From assembly GCA_965208835.1 (NCBI GenBank), contig OZ242358.1:3648001-3712000 (forward strand): a DNA stretch of 64,000 bases, written 5' to 3'. The stretch is from Candidatus Latescibacterota bacterium. GTDB taxonomy: Bacteria; Latescibacterota; UBA2968; GCA-2709665. This document shows, in pieces, positions 29,324-37,828 of the stretch. Position 1 is the stretch's first letter. The number at the start of each line of letters is the position of its first letter. The translations under genes were made by a program, and so were the position numbers. The notes below the pieces were generated by a model, which saw only the letters and a program-made list of their open reading frames with translations, was not told the origin of the DNA and did not search any database.

Positions 29324-29763
29324 CAGACTCCGAAGTCAAGAAACTTTTGCCCGCATATCTGGAATCCGACCTCCCGGCCGAACAGATGCGCGAGGTTGAG
29401 GCGCGTCTCGCGGTCTCGTCCGCCTGCCGGGAAGAACTGGAATATCTTACGCGCATTCAACGTCTCATTGCCGCCAGACCGGAGTCCGCGTCACCCGGAC
29501 TGTGGCAAGGCATTGCACGGCGAATGATCGTTGAAGACGTGGCGGAGCCCTGGATACAGTTCGAGTGGGTCGGCAAGAGGTTTCTTCCTGTTCTGGCGGC
29601 CGCGGTCCTGCTTCTGGCCGTCATTGGCAATCTCACCACAGAAGCTCCCGCCTTTACGCTTGACGAGTATCTGAAAGTGCAGTGGGAGGAATCGGACGTC
29701 GCCATGCTCTCGCAGGAGGAACCCTCCCGCGACGACATTCTATATATTTTGCAGACGAGGTAG
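29320..29763 (+). CDS. Membrane-anchored anti-sigma factor (degenerate zf-HC2)
   Basis: ATGA overlap with the sigma gene; LLPAYLESDL...EVEARLAVSSACREEL, where only the last Cys of HxxxCxxC is kept; one TM helix. Confidence 0.75.
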   Translation: MTDSEVKKLLPAYLESDLPAEQMREVEARLAVSSACREELEYLTRIQRLIAARPESASPGLWQGIARRMIVEDVAEPWIQFEWVGKRFLPVLAAAVLLLAVIGNLTTEAPAFTLDEYLKVQWEESDVAMLSQEEPSRDDILYILQTR

Positions 29764-29766
29764 CCG

Positions 29767-30660
29767 ATGTCGACAAACGCCACCCGCATGAAGGCCGTCC
29801 TGCTGGTGCTGGGCATTTTCGTACTCGGAGCAGCCCTGGGCGCAGCGTATCAACGCTGGCTTCCCCCCGGCAAAGATCACCGGCGTTCCGACCGGTTGGA
29901 ACGCCGCGGCGGGCCTCCTTTTGGCGCATCTGCGGAGCGCCTTCTCAATCGATACGTTCGCAACCTCGAACTGAACGACGAGCAACGGGCCGAAATCGAA
30001 GGGATCCTGGATGAAGGCCGTGTGACAATGGGCAAGATGCGCAGGGAGATCCGCGCGAAAACCGAGACGGTCACCCGGAAAACCTGGGCCCGGATTCGAA
30101 ATATCCTCACGCCGGACCAGCAGGAGAGATTCGACGAATTGACAAGCCCTATTTCTCCGGCAATAATTCTGCAACAACTCACCAGGGATCTGGATCTGGA
30201 CAAAGAACAACAGGCGACCGTGAGACGTATCCTGAAGAAAAATTGGGCGGCGATGCAAGAGCTGCGCAGGAAGACCCGGAAGCAATTGAGGACACGGCAG
30301 GAGAATACGCGAGAAAAAATGAACGCCGTTCTAACACCTGGGCAGTCGAAACAGATCGAGTCGCTCAAACCCTTTAATTATCGGGGATTTCACCGAAGGT
30401 TGGACCTGGATTTATCTGAAGAGCAACGGACGAGAATAGAACGGATCGAAAAAAGAGAACGAGGCGCAACACGCCGGATATTTCAGAAACGCGACGAGCA
30501 ACTCGGATCCCTAACCGGAGAAACCTGGTCGGAAATCAAAGCTCTTCTGCGTAAAGATCAGTTAGGGAAGTTCGAAAAAATCACCCGTGGTATCGAGCGA
30601 CGTATGGTATGGAAACGCCAGCTCAGACGCAGGTCCGTCGGCAGGGCGCTGGATTTCTGA
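29767..30660 (+). CDS. Membrane-anchored periplasmic Spy/CpxP-like (LTxxQ repeat) protein
   Basis: N-terminal TM, then three helical repeats (LELNDEQ..ILTPDQ, LDLDKEQ..VLTPGQ, LDLSEEQ..LLRKDQ). Confidence 0.7.
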   Translation: MSTNATRMKAVLLVLGIFVLGAALGAAYQRWLPPGKDHRRSDRLERRGGPPFGASAERLLNRYVRNLELNDEQRAEIEGILDEGRVTMGKMRREIRAKTETVTRKTWARIRNILTPDQQERFDELTSPISPAIILQQLTRDLDLDKEQQATVRRILKKNWAAMQELRRKTRKQLRTRQENTREKMNAVLTPGQSKQIESLKPFNYRGFHRRLDLDLSEEQRTRIERIEKRERGATRRIFQKRDEQLGSLTGETWSEIKALLRKDQLGKFEKITRGIERRMVWKRQLRRRSVGRALDF

Positions 30661-30669
30661 ACGTATCCT

Positions 30670-30698
30670 GGAACGCACAGAGATATTCATCTGTCCAA
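30670..30698 (+). promoter_or_regulatory. Putative ECF sigma promoter (second copy)
   Basis: GGAACGC-N16-GTCCAA upstream of the spy-like gene. Confidence 0.6.
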
Positions 30699-30789
30699 AG
30701 TGTAAGGTTCTTGCAGAGCGTGCGTCTGCATTCAGCTGGACAGCCGTCCATAATAACCTCAAGCCGGGGAAACCGAAAGGAGAAGTACC

Positions 30790-31308
30790 ATGAAACGTAT
30801 GGCCCTCATCGGTGCCGTTGTCATTCCCATTATTGCCGTCGTCTGGGCTCTGCCATCGGACGCGCATCGCGGCAAACGCGGCTGGAAGAAAGCCCGGAAG
30901 GCGCCAATGGAAGCCCTGGAGCTCTCGACGGAACAGCGGACGAAGCTGGAAAGACTGAACCTGGAGCGGTCCAAGAAGATGGCGCAGCTGCGGGCCGACC
31001 TCAAGGTGGCCAGGCTGGATCTCAGGGCTGCCATGCGGCAGGACAACCCCGATCCTGCTGAAGTCAAAGCGCGGGTTGCCGCTGTAAACAAGGCGCGATC
31101 CCTTATTCTTGAGAGCAAGGTGAACCACAGGCTCAAGGTCAACAACGTCCTGACCCCGGAGCAGCGAAACAAGCTTCGAGAAGTGCGAAGGGATCGGTCA
31201 AAAAGAGGATGTGGCAAGATGTGGCGCAAGCGCAGCTACGGGAAGGGCTCGAAGGGGATGGGACATACCGGCCCGGATCGCGGCGAAGGGCAACCGTCTT
31301 CGATCTAA
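30790..31308 (+). CDS. Spy/CpxP family periplasmic chaperone
   Basis: Signal peptide; LELSTEQ and VLTPEQR motifs. Confidence 0.85.
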   Translation: MKRMALIGAVVIPIIAVVWALPSDAHRGKRGWKKARKAPMEALELSTEQRTKLERLNLERSKKMAQLRADLKVARLDLRAAMRQDNPDPAEVKARVAAVNKARSLILESKVNHRLKVNNVLTPEQRNKLREVRRDRSKRGCGKMWRKRSYGKGSKGMGHTGPDRGEGQPSSI

Positions 31309-31338
31309 CCGAACAAGCCGGGAAGAAAGGTGTCGTAA

Positions 31339-32385
31339 ATGTCTTTTCGCAGATTTGCCGTCACGGCCGTCATCGCTTCCATCACACTCCTCGGTTGCGG
31401 AAATAAAATCCCGGTCGAGTCCCCGGCCGGCTCCACCGAGGGCGCAACGCAGGCCTCGAAGGCATCCACGGACGAGATAGAAACCAAACTTGAGAACGAC
31501 CGCTCCAGCAAATCGGACCGCGGTCACGGCAAAGGGTGGGAGCGTCGTATCGCAGCGCTGACCGACTCGCTGGGTTTGAGCGAGGAACAGGTCGAGGATC
31601 TGAATGAACTGTACGATGAATACCAAGCCGAAATCAAGGCCCTGTACGATAGCGCCAAGGCGTCGGGTGACCGTTCCGGGCTCCGGGAGCAACTGCGTGA
31701 CTCGAGACAGGCATTCGATGAAAACTTCAATGACGTCCTCACCGACGACCAAAAAGCCAGGCTCGCCGAGATCAGGGCCAATGCGGCCGCCCGCAGGAAG
31801 GACACGGGATGGGAGAATTACATCGCCGCATTGACGGATTCTCTCGGCCTGAGCGAACAGCAGGTCACGGACCTGAATGAACTGTATGAAGATTACCAGG
31901 CCGACGTAAGAGCCGCCAGGGATAACGCACGAGAGTCGGACGCCCGTTCAGAACTCCGGACGAAGTTGAAGGAGTTGAGGCAGGAATTCGAAGACGGTTT
32001 CAACGACGTCCTCACGGACGAGCAACAGACCAGACTCGAGGAAATCAAGGCCAATGCGGCCGCCCGCAGGAAGGACAAGGGCTGGGAGAATTACATCGCC
32101 GCACTGACAGATTCGCTGGACCTGAGCGACCAACAGGTCACCGATCTCAATGAATTACACGAAGACTATCAGGCCGACGTGAGAGCCGTGATCGACAATG
32201 CTCGGGAATCGGACGACCGTTCGGGTCTCCGGGATAAGCTGCGAGAGCTGAAAGAGGATTTCGACGAGGATTTCAACGCAGTCCTTACGGACGAACAGAA
32301 GGAGAAGCTGGACAAAATGAAATCCGGGGGACGGAAGCGATCAGGAAAGGGCCACGGACACGGCCGTAAGGACAGGAGCGGCTAG
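31339..32385 (+). CDS. Lipoprotein with three tandem 91-aa LTxxQ-type repeats
   Basis: Lipobox LLGC; unit GWE..IAALTDSL.LS..Q...VLTDxQ repeated three times. Confidence 0.8.
   Translation: MSFRRFAVTAVIASITLLGCGNKIPVESPAGSTEGATQASKASTDEIETKLENDRSSKSDRGHGKGWERRIAALTDSLGLSEEQVEDLNELYDEYQAEIKALYDSAKASGDRSGLREQLRDSRQAFDENFNDVLTDDQKARLAEIRANAAARRKDTGWENYIAALTDSLGLSEQQVTDLNELYEDYQADVRAARDNARESDARSELRTKLKELRQEFEDGFNDVLTDEQQTRLEEIKANAAARRKDKGWENYIAALTDSLDLSDQQVTDLNELHEDYQADVRAVIDNARESDDRSGLRDKLRELKEDFDEDFNAVLTDEQKEKLDKMKSGGRKRSGKGHGHGRKDRSG
31537..32320 (+). repeat. Intragenic tandem repeat, three units with a 273-bp period
   Basis: Units start with TGGGAG at 31537, 31810 and 32083. Confidence 0.85.
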
Positions 32386-32425
32386 GATCCCGGAGAGCCC
32401 CTTCAAGATCGCTCGGTCGTCTCTC

Positions 32426-32462
32426 AAAAACCCGCCGTCGATCCTCCCCGACGGCGGGTTTT
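32426..32462. terminator. Bidirectional intrinsic terminator
   Basis: AAAAACCCGCCGTCG...CGACGGCGGGTTTT between convergent genes. Confidence 0.8.
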
Positions 32463-32505
32463 CCACGACGAAATCCGCAATCGCATGGCAGAAGACTGCC
32501 CCCGG

Positions 32506-33480
32506 CTATCGGGCTTCGAAGAAGAATCGAATCACGTCGTCCTCCTTGAGCATGGCATCGAAGAATTCCTGGTCCTCCTCGTTCAACTCTCCAGACGCCT
32601 GCAGCACAATCCGCATATATTGCTCTCTGGTGAACGTCAGTGTCAGTCTGTCGCCGTCCACGTCAACCGAGCCTTCCAGAACCTGTCCGTCTTCCTCAAT
32701 GATCGTCAGCGTATTGCCGATAGCAGACCAGGTACCCGTAACGGACCATGTGCCCGTGCTGTCCTGATCTTCAAAGGTGCCATCGGCGTGGAAACGGCGG
32801 CCCGGAGACCAAACACTGTCACGCAAGCTCGTCTCCATTTCGCCTGTGAACTCCTTGACGATGGCAGCCGCAACCGTGCTATCAACCAGCCCCTGTTCCA
32901 GAATGGCGGCAACCAGATTTCTGCTGATCGTCTCGACCATGTCCGTGCCGACGTATGCCCAGGTACCGACAATATCCAGTGACGAAAGCAAGGTGGAACC
33001 CGTCACGCGTGCCTTCCCGCCAATGGGCAGTTTAACCGCCACTTCGTATCCGCCGTTTATCGGAATGCTCGACCAGGAATCCAATACATCTTCTAACTGC
33101 ACGGCACGCGCCCGATAGTAGCCGTTGACGTTGACTCCATCAATTTCCACACGGGCTTCACCATTGGCGTCCGTCGAGCCCGACCACGCATAATTCGCCA
33201 TTCGTCCTGAAACCGACCGGGAAACCTCCACGGTGACACCGCTCACAGGCATTCCATCCCGCAGTACTGTGGCCACCACAACGGCTGGTCCCGCACTCGC
33301 TCGTACAGCCAATTTGCCTATTGGCTGCCCCGAATTACGTTGTCCGGAATTGATATGAGCTTCTTCTGCCAGCCTGTCGGCTTCGGGTACCATTGAAGTG
33401 GTAACGCGGTCACCACCGCAACTGGACATCGCACCTGCGACCATCGCCAACACAAACGCACTGCGAACTCGACTAAACAT
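32506..33480 (-). CDS. Lipoprotein: shared uncharacterised N-terminal module + lipocalin-like C-terminal domain
   Basis: Lipobox MSSC; module homologous to the CDSs at 10879 and 40213; C-terminal IVGTW...FHADGTF...GTWSAIGNTLTI. Confidence 0.7.
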   Translation of the reverse strand: MFSRVRSAFVLAMVAGAMSSCGGDRVTTSMVPEADRLAEEAHINSGQRNSGQPIGKLAVRASAGPAVVVATVLRDGMPVSGVTVEVSRSVSGRMANYAWSGSTDANGEARVEIDGVNVNGYYRARAVQLEDVLDSWSSIPINGGYEVAVKLPIGGKARVTGSTLLSSLDIVGTWAYVGTDMVETISRNLVAAILEQGLVDSTVAAAIVKEFTGEMETSLRDSVWSPGRRFHADGTFEDQDSTGTWSVTGTWSAIGNTLTIIEEDGQVLEGSVDVDGDRLTLTFTREQYMRIVLQASGELNEEDQEFFDAMLKEDDVIRFFFEAR

Positions 33481-33957
33481 CGCGGGCCCCCTTTTTCGAG
33501 TGTCTCCTCCGATGAGCAACGAGATTTACACCTCCAACATCCCCGGACTCTTGCCTTTGGCAAGGCGTCGTTAATTCAATGAAGACCAAAAACAGATCTT
33601 ACGGATCCTGCCACAGTCTAAGACTCTTGAGTCCGCGGATTGTTTCCGACCTGGTCCTGATGGAACGAAATGGATCGCTCCCCGGACTGAACCGTGCAAA
33701 TCGCGGAGACATGTCGGCGTGACACCAGCACCATTTTCGGTCGCCCCTGCAGATTCGCGTTTGGCTTTGCGTTTAACCCCGTTTGCCGCAGACGTGTGGA
33801 CAACCATTGTCTTAAGGCTCCTCCGCCAAACCGCCGGGGCGGGTTCGGACTCTAGAGGCACTGCAGGCGACAATCCTGTCCAACCGTGTGATTGCCTCGT
33901 AAAATGCTCGAGCGTTCATCCTCCGACGCCGATGCGCGGGAATCCTGAACAAAACAC

Positions 33958-33986
33958 TTGACATATCGAGCGAATCCTGTTATCTA
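33958..33986 (+). promoter_or_regulatory. Putative sigma70 promoter
   Basis: TTGACA-N17-TATCTA with an extended -10 TG. Confidence 0.45.
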
Positions 33987-34068
33987 ATCGTTTCGTTGCA
34001 CATCCGTCAATGAAATCTAATACATAGTATCCGAGAGGTCGGTTCACAATAAAAAAGGAGATCGGTCG

Positions 34069-34413
34069 ATGGAGGTTAACACCGAACGGGACAACGGCAC
34101 CTTAATCGCGAAGGCTGAGGGTCGCGTCGACGGGTCCAATGCCCGTGAGTTCGAGGAAGCGCTCGATTCCGCAATCACACAGCACGAAGACGGTCAAGCG
34201 GTGATCGTGGATTTTGAAGGCCTTTCCTATATAAGCAGTGCGGGTCTCCGGGTCATCCTGCTGACCGCGAGGACGCTTCGAAAACAGGACAAGGAATTCG
34301 TCGTCTGCTCGCTCTCTGATCCGATCAGGGAGGTCTTTGAGATCAGCGGATTCGACAAAATCATACCGGTTTACGCCACCAGATCGGAAGCGCTGGCAGC
34401 AGTCGGAGGATAG
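34069..34413 (+). CDS. STAS-domain anti-sigma factor antagonist (RsbV/SpoIIAA-like)
   Basis: DFEGLSYISSAGLRVIL with the phospho-Ser motif; VFEISGF; AAGGAG RBS. Confidence 0.92.
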   Translation: MEVNTERDNGTLIAKAEGRVDGSNAREFEEALDSAITQHEDGQAVIVDFEGLSYISSAGLRVILLTARTLRKQDKEFVVCSLSDPIREVFEISGFDKIIPVYATRSEALAAVGG

Positions 34414-34616
34414 TATCGGGTTGGCCCGGGACTGCTTCGCGCAGGCAAATGCTGTTCGCTGCGGGAGCATCACGGTTGGAAATGACACCGTAGCCATACC
34501 GGGTGCGCCGGACGGTTTTCATGTCGTCGTCAAATGGAATGGACGGCGTTGCGTCCGGTAGTATTCCGGTTTAGGACGGTCCCGCCTGAACCTCCCGAGA
34601 TACTGAAAGGCCGACC

Positions 34617-35021
34617 ATGATCGAAGACCTGCTGCCGATCGGGTTGCTGATTGTTGTAGCCAAGCTTCTCGAATGCCCCCTCGACCGGATTGGCTTGAGT
34701 TCGATTGTCGCCTACACGGCGGCCGGGATTCTCCTCGTTCCCGTCGCTGGAATCGTTGAGCCGACGAGCAAGCTTCAGATTTTTCCGGTTATCGGCGTCT
34801 TCATCCTCTTATTTCTTGCCGGCCTCGACGAGATAGACATCCCCGGTTTTGTGGCAACCGTCCGGGGGCGTTTTTTTTTTGTCACCATCCTGGGGGCAGT
34901 TACGGGAATCGTGCCGCCGGCGTGGCTGACGTCCGTCCCGTCGAATTCAATTATTCACAGGCATTCCCGGCAGACCACAGACCCGCATCCTGCCGGACTC
35001 TTGAACGGAGCAGCATCCTGA
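34617..35021 (+). pseudogene. Truncated cation:proton antiporter (CPA2/KefB-like) N-terminal fragment
   Basis: VAKLL...IVAYTAAGILL...IGVFILLFLAGLDEID resembles the CPA2 N-terminus; similarity ends near a T10 run at 34871; only 134 aa. Confidence 0.6.
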
Positions 35022-35064
35022 TTCAATAATTCGACGCACCATCCTATCCCGGGGTATTTACGAA

Positions 35065-36234
35065 ATGTCTGCGCTCCCGTACAAAATCCTGGTAGTGGAC
35101 GACGAGCCCGACCTGGAACCGCTCATGCTGCAGCGCATGCGGCGTCCGATTCGGAGAGGCCGCTACACCTTCGTGTTTGCACGTAACGGTATAGAGGCTC
35201 TCGAGCGTTTGCACAACGACGACACAATCGATATGGTGCTGTCCGACATCAATATGCCCCAGATGGACGGTCTGACCCTGCTGGATCAGATACCCAAGGT
35301 GGACCCGAACATCCGTTCCGTGATTATATCGGCGTATGGAGACATGAAAAACATCCGGATCGCGATGAATCGGGGTGCGTTCGACTTCGTCACCAAGCCC
35401 ATTGACTTCTCCGACCTTCAGGTGACCATCGATCGAACCATGCGCCATCTGATCGAATGGCGTGAAGCGCTGGAGTCGCGCGACAAGCTGATCGCCCTGC
35501 AGAACGAACTGGACGTGGCCAGCAAGATGCAGCAGTCGATTCTGCCCACGAGGTTCCCTGAGAATCCGTCCTATCAGGCATACGGCAGCATGGAACCCGC
35601 CCGCAACGTCGGCGGCGACTTCTTCGACATCATCCGGCTGGACGGCGGACGCATAGGAATCGCTATCGCTGACGTGTCAGACAAGGGCGTCCCCGCGGCC
35701 CTTTTCATGATGTCAAGCCGGACGGTCCTGCGGGGTGCGGCAATCGGGACGACGAGCCCCGGCGAAGTGCTGTACGAAATGAACAATGCACTTTACGAAA
35801 ACAACGAAGCAGCGATGTTCGTAACCGTCTTTTACGCGGTCTTCGACCCCGCCAACCGTCAGTTCGTTTACGCCAATGGCGGACACAACACGCCGCTCAT
35901 CGTAAACGCGGCCGGGCAGGCCGAACCGCTACCGCTGACCGGCGGTGTCGCCCTTGCGATGTTGCCGGACATCGAATACAGGTACAATTCGGTCACGCTT
36001 GCCCCGGGTGATACGGTCGTTCTCTATACGGACGGTGTTACTGAAGCCATAAACGACGTCGAGGAAGAGTTCGGAATGGATCGCCTGCAAAACGTCTTCA
36101 CCGGTGCACCTCCTCGGGACGCCCGTGAAGCCAACGACGCAATATTTGGCGCTGTGAGAGGATTTGTAGGCGAAACTCCCCAATTCGACGACATTACCTG
36201 CGTTACGTTACGAAACAGAGGGCCGGAAGCGTGA
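35065..36234 (+). CDS. Response regulator receiver + SpoIIE/PP2C phosphatase (RsbU-like)
   Basis: ILVVDDE, SDINMPQMDG and FVTKP; VGGDFFD, IADVSDKG, YTDGVTEA and QFDDIT. Confidence 0.92.
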   Translation: MSALPYKILVVDDEPDLEPLMLQRMRRPIRRGRYTFVFARNGIEALERLHNDDTIDMVLSDINMPQMDGLTLLDQIPKVDPNIRSVIISAYGDMKNIRIAMNRGAFDFVTKPIDFSDLQVTIDRTMRHLIEWREALESRDKLIALQNELDVASKMQQSILPTRFPENPSYQAYGSMEPARNVGGDFFDIIRLDGGRIGIAIADVSDKGVPAALFMMSSRTVLRGAAIGTTSPGEVLYEMNNALYENNEAAMFVTVFYAVFDPANRQFVYANGGHNTPLIVNAAGQAEPLPLTGGVALAMLPDIEYRYNSVTLAPGDTVVLYTDGVTEAINDVEEEFGMDRLQNVFTGAPPRDAREANDAIFGAVRGFVGETPQFDDITCVTLRNRGPEA

Positions 36235-36650
36235 GCGCGAGACAATCCTTTCGCATAAAGGCCGATCTCGATGAACTGCGGCAGGTCGCAGCAGCAGCCG
36301 AAGAGCTGGGGCTGCAGGAAGAGTGGTCGCCCGCGCTGATTCATCAGATCGACCTTGCTATAGAAGAACTCGGCAATAACGTCGTCCGGCATGGTTTCGA
36401 AGGCGGTCCCGGAGAACTCGAGATTACATTGACCTCTGACGACGCTTTGATCACGCTCGAAATCGTCGACGACGGCCGTCCGTTCAATCCCCTGGAGGAC
36501 GCGCCCATACCCGACGTGGAAGCGGCGCTCGAAGACCGGCCCATCGGCGGCCTCGGCATTCACCTTGTCCAGACCATGATGGACGAGATGCACTACAAGC
36601 GGAAGAACGGGCGGAACCACCTCACGCTGGTGAAGCGGAGGACCGAATGA
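36231..36650 (+). CDS. Anti-sigma factor/Ser kinase (RsbW-like, HATPase_c_2)
   Basis: LAIEELGNNVVRHG, DDGRPFNP and GGLGIHLV motifs. Confidence 0.9.
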   Translation: MSARQSFRIKADLDELRQVAAAAEELGLQEEWSPALIHQIDLAIEELGNNVVRHGFEGGPGELEITLTSDDALITLEIVDDGRPFNPLEDAPIPDVEAALEDRPIGGLGIHLVQTMMDEMHYKRKNGRNHLTLVKRRTE

Positions 36651-37828
36651 GATCGAACTCTCTCCGGGGGATGTCGCTGCTCGTCGTGTGGGCGGTGCTT
36701 TCGAGCGGCGCGGAAGCCGGCGAGTTCGAAAACGGCGTCTCCGACGAGCACATTCTCTTCGGCCAGTCCGCCGCCTTCAGCGGCCCCGCCGCGCAACTCG
36801 GTACGGACATGAAGCGCGGCATCGAAGCCGCGTTCCATGAGATCAACAAGCGCGGTGGTGTCCACGGGCGCCGGTTGGAGCTTGTTTCCCGTGATGACGC
36901 GTACGAGCCGGAGGCCGCCATTGCAAACACCCTCTATCTCATCAATGAGGCGAAGGTTTTCGCACTCATCGGCGCTGTAGGAACACCCACCTCACGTTCA
37001 GCCACACCTGTCGCCGCGGAAGCCGATATTCCGTATATCGCCCCATTCACTGGCGCGGCATTCCTGCGCGACCCTGATTGGAACAACGTGATAAACCTGA
37101 GGGCGTCGTACAACCAGGAAACGGAGGAAATGGTCGCGCGCCTGACCCGTGATCTCGATATCAAGCGAATCGCAGTATTGTACCAGGACGATTCCTTCGG
37201 CCGAGCCGGGTACCATGGCGCACGCCGGGCACTCGAACGGCGCGGAATGGAGGCCGTGGCTGTAGGTTTGTATCCGCGCAATACCACGGCGGTAAAAACG
37301 GCACTGCTCGACCTGCGCATGGCAAACCCTGAAGCGGTGATCCTGGTCGGCGCGTATGAACCGGTCGCGACTTTTATCGCGTGGGCGAGGCACATCGGTA
37401 TGGACCCCGTTTTCATTACGATCTCTTTCGTGGGCAGCAATGCTCTCGCAAAGCAGTTGGGGCCGGCCGGAGCGGGCGTCTATGTCACACAGGTCGTACC
37501 GTTTCCAGCCGACGACTACTTCCGCGTGGCATCTACCTACCGCCGTGCACTGTCGTCATTCGATCCTGAGGCCGTTCCCGGGTTCGTTTCATTCGAAGGG
37601 TACCTGGCCGGCCGCCTCGCCGCAGCGGGCCTCCAACGCTGCGGCGCCGACGTCAATCGGGCTTCCTTTCTCAACAGCCTCCGCAGCACACGAGTCGTCG
37701 ATATCGACGGATTTGAACTGCAATACGGCAGCAAGGACAATCAGGGGTCGGATGCCGTGTTCCTGACGATGATCGGTCGTGACGGCCGGTATTATCCGAT
37801 CGATACGCTCGAGGAAGCGGAGCCGTGA
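36647..37828 (+). CDS. Periplasmic ligand-binding protein (Peripla_BP_6/LivK-like)
   Basis: Signal peptide; FGQSAAFSGPAA, GGVHGRRL..RDDAYEP and VGTPTS motifs. Confidence 0.88.
   Translation: MRSNSLRGMSLLVVWAVLSSGAEAGEFENGVSDEHILFGQSAAFSGPAAQLGTDMKRGIEAAFHEINKRGGVHGRRLELVSRDDAYEPEAAIANTLYLINEAKVFALIGAVGTPTSRSATPVAAEADIPYIAPFTGAAFLRDPDWNNVINLRASYNQETEEMVARLTRDLDIKRIAVLYQDDSFGRAGYHGARRALERRGMEAVAVGLYPRNTTAVKTALLDLRMANPEAVILVGAYEPVATFIAWARHIGMDPVFITISFVGSNALAKQLGPAGAGVYVTQVVPFPADDYFRVASTYRRALSSFDPEAVPGFVSFEGYLAGRLAAAGLQRCGADVNRASFLNSLRSTRVVDIDGFELQYGSKDNQGSDAVFLTMIGRDGRYYPIDTLEEAEP

Noticed and set aside
31537-32320. CRISPR-like periodicity
   Set aside because: The 273-bp units are in-frame coding repeats with no spacers, and no cas genes are present.
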